IMG/VR virus record: IMGVR_UViG_3300024253_000012
Coordinates: 1 to 25,978 of that record
DNA from: a virus
Lineage: Duplodnaviria; Caudoviricetes
Direction: 5' to 3' (one strand)
Length of the DNA stretch: 25,978 bases
The position numbers and the translations under genes are program-made. Position 1 is the stretch's first letter, and the number at the start of each line of letters is the position of its first letter. A model generated the notes under the pieces. That model saw only the letters and a program-made list of their open reading frames with translations. It made no database searches and had not been told where the DNA came from. Below, piece after piece: positions 16,798 through 24,070 of this stretch.

Positions 16798-17009
16798 GTG
16801 GGTTCCTCCTGCTCTGCTGAAAATCCGAGCTTGCGTCTTGCATCACGCTCAATCTCGATCATAGACTGACCTGTAACGCACCTTGCAAACTCTGTCATGG
16901 TCATATCGCCAATGTAGATAAGGTCGTATTTGTCGTTCCTGATTGAAACCTCAACGCCCTCTTTACCAAGACTATTAGTCCAACGTGAGATTGAAATTCT
17001 GTCTCTCAT
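16794..17009 (-). CDS. 71-aa hypothetical protein
   Basis: MRDRISISRW...; ATGA overlaps at both ends. Confidence 0.7.
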   Translation of the reverse strand: MRDRISISRWTNSLGKEGVEVSIRNDKYDLIYIGDMTMTEFARCVTGQSMIEIERDARRKLGFSAEQEEPT

Positions 17010-17515
17010 TCCGTCGCCTTTCCTTTCTCCCCGCGCCACATCCAATTATCCTTGCCATTCGCGCTATGGTCTACACACATGCAGGAGTTGCACGGGTCTT
17101 GATCTCCCTCACAGTCGTAGTTTGCGCAAAAATGACAGCAATTCTTCATATCCGCAACCGCCGCGTCCGCTCTGGCTTTCTCGGCATCGCGCTCGGCACA
17201 TGCATCTGGATATCGCTCGACCATATTTAACGCATCGGCAATTGGTACGCCAAAGAACATGACTATTTCATAATTTCCATCAGGGATAAAAACATGTTGG
17301 CTTTCCATTCGTTCTCTGTACATGGCATGGTTTTCCGTCTGTAGCCGCTCGATCTCGCGCTGTTGGGATTCGAGGCGGTCAGCAAGCGAAGGATGATAGC
17401 AGTAGCTTTTCTTGTGCGTTCCTTTGTAGCAGAAGCAATCTTCACATGCCGTGTCTTTGCATTTTCTCAATGCCTTTACGATCTCTTCCGTTGTCAGCTC
17501 ACTTCGCTGTTCCAT
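17006..17515 (-). CDS. Mosaic Cys-rich hypothetical protein
   Basis: 169 aa; two Cys clusters separated by a coiled coil (ADRLESQQREIERL); AGGAGG RBS. Confidence 0.8.
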   Translation of the reverse strand: MEQRSELTTEEIVKALRKCKDTACEDCFCYKGTHKKSYCYHPSLADRLESQQREIERLQTENHAMYRERMESQHVFIPDGNYEIVMFFGVPIADALNMVERYPDACAERDAEKARADAAVADMKNCCHFCANYDCEGDQDPCNSCMCVDHSANGKDNWMWRGEKGKATE

Positions 17516-17597
17516 CGGTTGCCTCCTGATATGTTTCGTCTATGATCTCGTCAATATCCGCGAATATCCACGGCATCAGCTTTGGTTCATTCGCCAT
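17499..17597 (-). CDS. 32-aa acidic micro-ORF
   Basis: Not in ORF track. MANEPKLMPWIFADIDEIIDETYQEATDGTAK*; bridges the gap and overlaps both neighbours. Confidence 0.55.
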   Translation of the reverse strand: MANEPKLMPWIFADIDEIIDETYQEATDGTAK

Positions 17598-17766
17598 CGT
17601 GGTCACTGCCTTTCTTGCCATCACTTCTCGTTTTTAATGAGAATCCTGCAATTATCGAAAATAGCACAATCCACCACTTGTTAAAATAAATCGCGCAAAT
17701 AACGAATCCCGCTGTTAGCGCAATGTTCATGAGCGCAACCGCCCAGAATGCAGAGCCATGGTTCAT
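17587..17766 (-). CDS. 59-aa two-TM membrane protein
   Basis: MNHGSAFWAVALMNIALTAGFVICAIYFNKWWIVLFSIIAGF...; AAGGAG RBS; ATGA overlap. Confidence 0.75.
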   Translation of the reverse strand: MNHGSAFWAVALMNIALTAGFVICAIYFNKWWIVLFSIIAGFSLKTRSDGKKGSDHDGE

Positions 17767-18263
17767 TTGTTCTCTCCTTTCTTCTCGCCCGTCCACGGAT
17801 CACCGACCATTTTCGTGGTGTCAGGGATATTGTCGCCTCGGTAGGGGTCTGGAAGAGGTTGCCATGCGATGACTTTTGCCCATGTCTCTTGCCACCCCGC
17901 CTGATACGAATCTGACCTTATAAATCCGTATCCCGCAATTGTAACCGCCCCGTTATCGAGCGAAACTAAGTAATGGCTCATGCGGCGTTGTGGGTGATCT
18001 TGCTCCGGCAACCCCTCCGAGCACGGCGTCCAGTTGGTGGCGGGTTGCTGATTTATCTCATTCGGCATAAGTCCCGTGTCTTCGTAGTCCGCAAGCCTGT
18101 CCAGCGCTGCAATGATAGGGCAAGTCCGATCTGTGTTCCGTTCGCACTTTTTGCTGTTTTTGCAGAACGACTTCGGACACATCGAGCCTGCACTCTTCAA
18201 AAACGTTCCACCGTCCCATTCGAACGGGGCGTATGGCTTATATCTCGTAGTAAGTCTGTTCAT
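17763..18263 (-). CDS. DUF551-domain protein with N-terminal Cys/'LADYEDTG' module
   Basis: WTPCSEGLPE...YLVS...VIAWQPLPDPY matches the DUF551 pattern; start MNRLTT after GAGGAGG. Confidence 0.75.
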   Translation of the reverse strand: MNRLTTRYKPYAPFEWDGGTFLKSAGSMCPKSFCKNSKKCERNTDRTCPIIAALDRLADYEDTGLMPNEINQQPATNWTPCSEGLPEQDHPQRRMSHYLVSLDNGAVTIAGYGFIRSDSYQAGWQETWAKVIAWQPLPDPYRGDNIPDTTKMVGDPWTGEKKGENK

Positions 18264-18460
18264 TTCGCTTTCCTCCTCATCCGTCTTTTCTCCCGCCAGC
18301 ACCGCCAGTTCCAGCGCAGGATCGCGCCGAGGCGAGTGCGACCGAAAACCATCATATCCTTGAAGTCGCGGCACTCGTTGCAGAAAGCAACCCAACTACC
18401 GCCAACAATCTTATCAACTAGCGGACGCTCTCCGCACCAACACGCAACGGGCTTAATCAT
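18260..18460 (-). CDS. Lar-like (restriction alleviation family) Zn-binding protein
   Basis: 66 aa; CxCG...CxxC...AILRWNWR resembles the Lar family pattern. Confidence 0.55.
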   Translation of the reverse strand: MIKPVACWCGERPLVDKIVGGSWVAFCNECRDFKDMMVFGRTRLGAILRWNWRCWREKRRMRRKAK

Positions 18461-18761
18461 GCGCGTCACCGTCCATTCGTGCGAAACAGTGAGGACATCC
18501 GAGATATCCGGCTTCTTGTGGATTTGAGAACGGAAATACGAGTGTGAATCCGCAGTGCGTACATTTGTATGACTGGTCTTCGTCATCGTACTGCGGTTCG
18601 ATCAGCTCCCAAGACGCATGCACGACCTCCACAACGTCGGCGGCGGGGATGGCGGAGATAGCGCCGCGTGAAATAATCCATAGTTTTTTCCCGTTTACAA
18701 GCATCGGTTGCTTGCGTGACAGCGCATCCTCACGCTTGATGTACTCTGTAGGTTTATCCAT
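18453..18761 (-). CDS. Zn-ribbon hypothetical protein (PAADV...CxxCG...CPxC..RMD type)
   Basis: 102 aa from MDKPTEY; AAGGAG RBS. Confidence 0.8.
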   Translation of the reverse strand: MDKPTEYIKREDALSRKQPMLVNGKKLWIISRGAISAIPAADVVEVVHASWELIEPQYDDEDQSYKCTHCGFTLVFPFSNPQEAGYLGCPHCFARMDGDAHD

Positions 18762-19257
18762 GATGCTCTCCTTTCGGTTCGTGGGCGTAGAACTGATATT
18801 CCGTTCCGTTCTTTCGCCGATATCTGAATCGGGTGTAATGGTCATCATACGAAACCATAAACGCTCTTCCGTCGTTTTTTCGACTTGCGTTTGCTTGCAC
18901 GAAACCGATTATTTCCCAACGGCTTTTGCTTCCGTCGCGCAAGTCTTTTACCCAAACGGGCTTCCCGCTCATGCTCTCGACTGCATCCCATGTCAGCGGC
19001 TGCGGGTTCGACTGCTCCTGCTCGGCTTGCTCCATAGCTTCAAGACGGTCGGCGGCAACCTTAACTAATGCAGATGTATCGTTGAATCGCTCCAATCCAA
19101 TCCTCGAAAACACTTCGTCGAAAATTCGTACAAGCTCTCGCAACTCAGTTACTATTTCTTGCGTAGTTGCGTTTTTGATCTGCTGGTATTTTCCCCTCGA
19201 TCGTTCGAGTTCCGGCTTAAATTTATCAAGAATTTCTTTCGTCTCTTGCTCACTCAT
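18754..19257 (-). CDS. Hypothetical protein (PLT...PVWVK C-terminal module)
   Basis: 167 aa; GAGGAGG RBS; ATGA overlap. Confidence 0.8.
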   Translation of the reverse strand: MSEQETKEILDKFKPELERSRGKYQQIKNATTQEIVTELRELVRIFDEVFSRIGLERFNDTSALVKVAADRLEAMEQAEQEQSNPQPLTWDAVESMSGKPVWVKDLRDGSKSRWEIIGFVQANASRKNDGRAFMVSYDDHYTRFRYRRKNGTEYQFYAHEPKGEHHG

Positions 19258-19649
19258 GGCTGTTCCTCCTCATCTCCCTCGGTATAAGCACGGCACCTTT
19301 CGCAGCGTTCGCAAGGCTCATCATTGGTTTCGGATTTAACGTATCCGCTGCACCAATCTCGACCGCGATCAGGCGTTCCGAATCCGTCTTTGATTTTTTC
19401 TTCAGCATATTTGCATTCGAGCGGATTATTTGCTGCGTTGATAATGTCTTCCTCCGTTTCGAAGACGTATTTCTTGTGCCAGAGGTACTTGATTACCGCC
19501 AGCATAGCGTCTTTTGTGATGCTCATGTGTGTCGGCATGTTCATCGTCTCATGAATGGCGATGGCTTTTTCTTCGTCCGTGTATTTTTCGCTGTCGATCT
19601 GCAAAAAGATCGCGCAGGCCTTACCAAGTGTCATTTCAAGCATAGTCAT
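19254..19649 (-). CDS. Hypothetical protein with C-terminal Cys cluster
   Basis: 131 aa; coupled to both neighbours. Confidence 0.8.
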   Translation of the reverse strand: MTMLEMTLGKACAIFLQIDSEKYTDEEKAIAIHETMNMPTHMSITKDAMLAVIKYLWHKKYVFETEEDIINAANNPLECKYAEEKIKDGFGTPDRGRDWCSGYVKSETNDEPCERCERCRAYTEGDEEEQP

Positions 19650-19843
19650 TCTCCCTTCTCCGCAAGCGCGGCGGCTCCAATTATTCTGTAGCGGCTCTTG
19701 TCTTTTTTCTCGTCCAAGATCGCTTGTAGCGGTCCTCTATCTTCGCACGCATACAGTTGCTTCCATCTGGTGGTTTGATGGCAACGATTCTTTGTTAGCG
19801 GCTCCTTGATAATGTACAATTCCGCATACTCAAGCACGTACAT
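19646..19843 (-). CDS. 65-aa hypothetical protein
   Basis: ATG directly after the upstream TAG; bracketed by 26-bp direct repeats. Confidence 0.7.
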   Translation of the reverse strand: MYVLEYAELYIIKEPLTKNRCHQTTRWKQLYACEDRGPLQAILDEKKDKSRYRIIGAAALAEKGE

Positions 19844-19877
19844 CTATTCCGCTCCCTTCTCCGCAAGCGCGGCGGCT
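19651..19877. repeat. Perfect 26-bp direct repeat, 201-bp spacing
   Basis: CTCCCTTCTCCGCAAGCGCGGCGGCT at 19651-19676 and 19852-19877. Confidence 0.95.
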
Positions 19878-20284
19878 TCGCGTTCAGCCGTTACCTTTGC
19901 AATGTACTCATCCGCTTCTTCGCCTGTCAGAAACACGTCTTTACCGATTCGCTTTGCGAGATCCATAGCTGAACTGTACGGAAATAAGAAATTCAACCAC
20001 ATTCTTTGTTTTGAAAATCCGGCGAATTCTCTTACGTGTTCTTTTAGCGGGCAATCGTCTGAGCAGAAGAAGCACTCCTTGTTTTCCTTGCATCTATCCT
20101 CCCCCGTATAACGTGTCCGCTCCTGCACCGCGATCACTTCGGTTCCGTCTTTGTATGGCAAAATAGTCACGCGCCCTTCTCGGTATGCGGCGGCGAGCTC
20201 TCGGAGGCGGTCGAGCTGGATGTCCTTCACAATCACGCCTCTGTCAAACATTTCGCTTTCGTAATCGTCTAAAACGTCTGTCAT
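19844..20284 (-). CDS. Hypothetical protein (DRLRELA...GRV.ILP...IGK.VFLT.EEA type)
   Basis: 146 aa; AAGGAG RBS; ATGA overlap. Confidence 0.8.
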   Translation of the reverse strand: MTDVLDDYESEMFDRGVIVKDIQLDRLRELAAAYREGRVTILPYKDGTEVIAVQERTRYTGEDRCKENKECFFCSDDCPLKEHVREFAGFSKQRMWLNFLFPYSSAMDLAKRIGKDVFLTGEEADEYIAKVTAEREAAALAEKGAE

Positions 20285-20703
20285 CCTTCCGCTCCTTCCT
20301 GCGCTCTGCCGTCATAGGGGCTATTGAGAAATCTCATAGCGCAACTGTAACAGTCCTTGTTTTTATTGCATTCCTCATCAGATATTCCTTCTCCGTAACA
20401 CATTCCGAACCTATCAAACAGTAACGCCTTTTCCTCCGCGCTCATGGCGTTGATTGCGTCGTTCCACGTGAGGGGCTTCTCGCTAACAGGAATTACCGCT
20501 GCGGGCTTCTGCTCCCGCTCCATCTCCGCGATCTGCGCGAGGGCGGTGTTAATCGGAATTACCTTTCCGTCAGTTTTCCACGTTGGGAACTTACTCGAAG
20601 ACTCAACATATCCATTGCTTTTTTTCCATGCGCAAATGTCTCCTTTCGCTTGCGCGTCCAGCAACGCATCCTTGTCTGCGATGGTCAGTCCTGCGTATTT
20701 CAT
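20281..20703 (-). CDS. Hypothetical protein with C-terminal Cys cluster
   Basis: 140 aa; AGGAGG RBS; ATGA overlaps. Confidence 0.8.
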   Translation of the reverse strand: MKYAGLTIADKDALLDAQAKGDICAWKKSNGYVESSSKFPTWKTDGKVIPINTALAQIAEMEREQKPAAVIPVSEKPLTWNDAINAMSAEEKALLFDRFGMCYGEGISDEECNKNKDCYSCAMRFLNSPYDGRAQEGAEG

Positions 20704-20903
20704 TCGTCAGCCTCCTTTAGTTCTACCCTTAACGTTCCGCACTTCGGACAGGCATATACCCGCTGGGATTCTCCAAGTCTTCCGAAGCAATCATCGTTGC
20801 ATCGGTCAAATGCTTCATCAAACTCGTATTCGGTCTGAACGAGAACATCCATTCTCGGAAACCGCCATCGTACATCTTCGTATCCACAAGCAAAACATTT
20901 CAT
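20700..20903 (-). CDS. 67-aa Zn-ribbon protein
   Basis: MKCFACGY...YACPKCGTL; AAGGAG RBS; ATGA overlap at 20900-20903. Confidence 0.75.
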   Translation of the reverse strand: MKCFACGYEDVRWRFPRMDVLVQTEYEFDEAFDRCNDDCFGRLGESQRVYACPKCGTLRVELKEADE

Positions 20904-21328
20904 GTGCGCTCTCCTTCCGGCTCGGTGGCGTAGAAAATCATATTGACTTGACCGTTGAGCGGCCAGAACCCGCCCTTTGAATCTACGAGCGCCCACATAT
21001 TGAAGCAGCAATTGCAAACCAATACTTCCATCACGAATCCGGTTTCTTTGAACTTCACCCATACAGAGTGATTCTTTCTGGCTTTCAGTTCCTCCACCGT
21101 CAGCGGCTTCGGGCACATCCGCTCCAGCTTCTCACGCAGGGCGGCGAGATAAAGAACCAGCTTAGGACGCTTGTCCTCCCAACAAGGATGCGGTTGAGTT
21201 GATACCGCGACTCCATTTTTTATGGTTGCTGAACACCCGTACCCTCCGGCTTTAGCGTTAGAATCTCCATCGGATATTTCTTTTTCTAGCGCTTTAATCG
21301 CCGCCCGCAGCTTTTCCGTCTCGCTCAT
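20900..21328 (-). CDS. Hypothetical protein (PLT...VWVK C-terminal module)
   Basis: 142 aa; GGAGG RBS; C-terminus similar to that of 18754-19257. Confidence 0.8.
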   Translation of the reverse strand: MSETEKLRAAIKALEKEISDGDSNAKAGGYGCSATIKNGVAVSTQPHPCWEDKRPKLVLYLAALREKLERMCPKPLTVEELKARKNHSVWVKFKETGFVMEVLVCNCCFNMWALVDSKGGFWPLNGQVNMIFYATEPEGERT

Positions 21329-21438
21329 GGTTGCGCTCCCTCCCGTGGTGCAATTACCACAACTTGAAGTTTTCCGTCATTACCATGAATGATCCTGAAA
21401 CGTACACCTTTTAATATCGAATGCCATTTTGTTTTCAT
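21325..21438 (-). CDS. 37-aa micro-ORF
   Basis: Not in ORF track. MKTKWHSILKGVRFRIIHGNDGKLQVVVIAPREGAQP*; AAGGAG RBS; ATGA overlap with the next gene. Confidence 0.7.
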   Translation of the reverse strand: MKTKWHSILKGVRFRIIHGNDGKLQVVVIAPREGAQP

Positions 21439-21443
21439 CGCGC

Positions 21444-21713
21444 TCACTCTCCTTTCGCGTCCAAGTCCATTCGGTAACCGCACATTGCACAATACGGCAT
21501 TCGCTCATTTCCACCGTCGTATGTTGGCTCTCCGTAATATCCGCAATGCGTACACTTCCCATCTTTCCATTTCGCATGCGCCTCTTGGCGAACGGGCTCG
21601 GCGGGAAAGTTTTCAATCAGATTAAACACTGCATCGCAATACTGGTCGTTGTCGATGAACGTTGTTCCTTTGAGTTTCAACAGCAGCTCATCTAAATTAC
21701 CGTACTTCGGCAT
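21444..21713 (-). CDS. Zn-ribbon hypothetical protein, paralogous to 18453-18761
   Basis: 89 aa; HAKW...KCTHCG...CAMCGYRMD; AAAGGAG RBS. Confidence 0.8.
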   Translation of the reverse strand: MPKYGNLDELLLKLKGTTFIDNDQYCDAVFNLIENFPAEPVRQEAHAKWKDGKCTHCGYYGEPTYDGGNERMPYCAMCGYRMDLDAKGE

Positions 21714-21741
21714 GGGTGGCTCCTTTCATGTCCACAGTCGG

Positions 21742-21771
21742 GCGAGAGCGGGGAAGTGATCCCCGCCCCGC
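21742..21771 (-). other. GC-rich hairpin without U tract
   Basis: GCGGGGCGGGGA-TCACT-TCCCCGCTCTCGC: ~12 bp with one bulge, in the intergenic gap. Confidence 0.65.
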
Positions 21772-21780
21772 GTCATATCA

Positions 21781-22332
21781 TCAATGGCTGATCTTATCGC
21801 ACACATGCCCGCAAACGTCGATTTCCCCGCAGTCCTCGCAACATCTTTCGCATTCCGTGGCGATATCACAAGACAGGTCGGCACGGGCCGGACACTCATA
21901 GTCTTCTTCCGGCGCTTTCTCGGCGGTTTCTTCGGACGGTTCTTCCGGATCGTCGTTCACCGTATCGGGATCGAAAAGGCGGTTTTCTAGGTCTTTGATC
22001 GGCTTGAGAACATAGCCCTCCACAGCGTCAAAAACCAGCTCATAGTTACCCCCTCCGACAAACCCTTCTCGCTTCTCGTTGATAGTGATGGTGGTTTTGA
22101 TCGTATGCTCGAATTTCGGGATCAATACGTCACGAGCCGCGGAATACGCGGTTATGCTGTTGTCCGGCGCCTGATCCTTCGCAAGTGTGATTTTGACGGT
22201 GACAGCGAGCTTCGATTCTTCGCTTCCCTTCGCGATCATGGTTCCGATAATCCCTCGCAAGGCCGCGTCAAAGTCGTATTTGAATGCGTTAAACGTTTCT
22301 CCGTAGATGGAGAGCGGGAGCTGTTTTTCCAT
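21781..22332 (-). CDS. Hypothetical protein with acidic linker and 8-Cys C-terminus
   Basis: 183 aa from MEKQLP; AGGAGG RBS. Confidence 0.85.
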   Translation of the reverse strand: MEKQLPLSIYGETFNAFKYDFDAALRGIIGTMIAKGSEESKLAVTVKITLAKDQAPDNSITAYSAARDVLIPKFEHTIKTTITINEKREGFVGGGNYELVFDAVEGYVLKPIKDLENRLFDPDTVNDDPEEPSEETAEKAPEEDYECPARADLSCDIATECERCCEDCGEIDVCGHVCDKISH

Positions 22333-22346
22333 AATGGTTTCCTCCT

Positions 22347-22766
22347 TTAAATATTTCGAATGGTCACTTCGATGCGCGGTTGTCGTCCGTATTTTTTGCA
22401 GACGAGAGCTTCCACGATCTGCGAATCGTCCTTGTATGCCACGTTGTTGAGTGCATCGCACACAACCTTGAGGATGTTGTCAGCGTCCGGCTTTTTGATT
22501 GGTCGCATGTCTCCAAGCTCCATCGCGAGCTGTTTCTTCTTCGGAGCGCTCGCCGGAATCGCATAGTAAGCATCAACCCTGATGCGCAGCTGGATATCGT
22601 CATCGAATTTCATGCCGCCGGATTGAATGCGGCATTCGGTTGAAATAAGGTTTTCGTAAAGTACAGTAGCGTCCGGCGTTCGTGTGGTTACGAAATTACC
22701 GCGCTTTGCGAACTTCGGCCGTCCTTTTCCTTGCGGATTTCCGAGAACTGTAAAATTGATCGTCAT
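22347..22766 (-). CDS. rusA: RusA Holliday junction resolvase
   Basis: GNPQGKGRP, KKPDADNILKVVCDALN, YKDDSQIV catalytic motifs. Confidence 0.95.
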   Translation of the reverse strand: MTINFTVLGNPQGKGRPKFAKRGNFVTTRTPDATVLYENLISTECRIQSGGMKFDDDIQLRIRVDAYYAIPASAPKKKQLAMELGDMRPIKKPDADNILKVVCDALNNVAYKDDSQIVEALVCKKYGRQPRIEVTIRNI

Positions 22767-24070
22767 GTTTCCTCCTCGTCAAGCAGTGACTGTTGTTCTG
22801 GGAAAACGTCCTTCGGGACTTTCACCGTCTCAAACGCCTGATCCGTGTACCTCGTGTACGAGGCGTTCCAGACAAGATTGACGTCGCCCGTGCGCCCGTG
22901 TCGGTTCTTCCCGATAATGAGCGTGGTCTCTTTGCATTCGGGCGATTCATCTTCGCGGTGCAAGAGCAGAATGACATCCGCGTCCTGCTCGATCGCTCCG
23001 CTTTCGCGAAGATCTGACACCACGGGCCGCCTCCCGACCGACTGCCGGCTCAGCTGAGAAAGCACAACCACCGGGCATTCGATCTCGCGCGAAAGGATTT
23101 TCAGCGACCTCGTTATCATGCCTAAGTCCTCGGTGCGCGTGCTGTTTTTTCTCACAGGTGTTCGTATAAGCTGGAGGTAGTCGATCACGATGCAATCCAG
23201 CTTTCCGGCGGTCTGCTTTGTTTTGTACGCCTGTGCGATGATCTGGTCAACGGTGAGGCTCGCGCGGTCGTCGATGAACAATCTCCACTTCGCTATCCGG
23301 CCTTGCGTGTCGATAATGGCATTGATTACCTTGCTTTCGCCACGGTACGCTCCATATGGATCAACCATCGCCTCCGATAGATTGATTCTCTCGGAAACCT
23401 CAACCGCCGACATTTCCAGCGTGCTGAGCAGCACCGTGCGATCCGTCCTCCCAAGATTTGCCGAGATATTGCATGCGAGCGCCGTCTTACCGATACCAGG
23501 GCGAGCGGCAATGATGTACAACCGACCGGGATATAGTCCCCTCGTGTACGCGTCGAGCATGCGAAACCCTGTAGGGATTCCGCGTGAGTTATCGCCAAGA
23601 CGATTCGTCACTTCCGGCAAGCAGTCTTCAATGCGCACGATTCCCGATGATCCAATCGACCCGACTTCGTTCAAAACCGACCGCGCGGTGTCAATATAGG
23701 TGCCCTCTCCGTTCTGCGCCTCAGCCGCGGCTTTTCGCATCCCCGCGATGAACGTCCTCGCTTTTCGCGCGCCCTGCACCGCCTCGATGTAATAGCGAAC
23801 GTTTGCCGCAGTCGGAACGAATGTCACGAGATCAGCGACAAACTCAACACCGCCAGCCGCTCTTAGCTTTCCTTTCGACTCAAGCTCGGTAGTCAGCGTG
23901 ACCAGATCGACGGCTACCTCGGATTGCCACAGAGCTTTAATCGCCTTGAACACCTCGCGCGTTTGCGGTGACGTGAAGTCCTCGTCAACCATCTCACCGC
24001 ATACAACGGGGAGACACGACGAATCGATCAGCGCAGATCCAAGCACAGAGCGTTCAGCATCAGACATCAT
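22763..24070 (-). CDS. dnaB: DnaB-family replicative helicase
   Basis: AARPGIGKT, LEMS, IDYLQL, LSQLSR, DLRESGAIEQDAD, KNRHG motifs. Confidence 0.96.
   Translation of the reverse strand: MMSDAERSVLGSALIDSSCLPVVCGEMVDEDFTSPQTREVFKAIKALWQSEVAVDLVTLTTELESKGKLRAAGGVEFVADLVTFVPTAANVRYYIEAVQGARKARTFIAGMRKAAAEAQNGEGTYIDTARSVLNEVGSIGSSGIVRIEDCLPEVTNRLGDNSRGIPTGFRMLDAYTRGLYPGRLYIIAARPGIGKTALACNISANLGRTDRTVLLSTLEMSAVEVSERINLSEAMVDPYGAYRGESKVINAIIDTQGRIAKWRLFIDDRASLTVDQIIAQAYKTKQTAGKLDCIVIDYLQLIRTPVRKNSTRTEDLGMITRSLKILSREIECPVVVLSQLSRQSVGRRPVVSDLRESGAIEQDADVILLLHREDESPECKETTLIIGKNRHGRTGDVNLVWNASYTRYTDQAFETVKVPKDVFPEQQSLLDEEET

Noticed and set aside
19651-19877. att site, IS target duplication or DGR TR/VR pair
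   Set aside because: No integrase, transposase or reverse transcriptase in the window, no terminal inverted repeats and no adenine-specific mismatches
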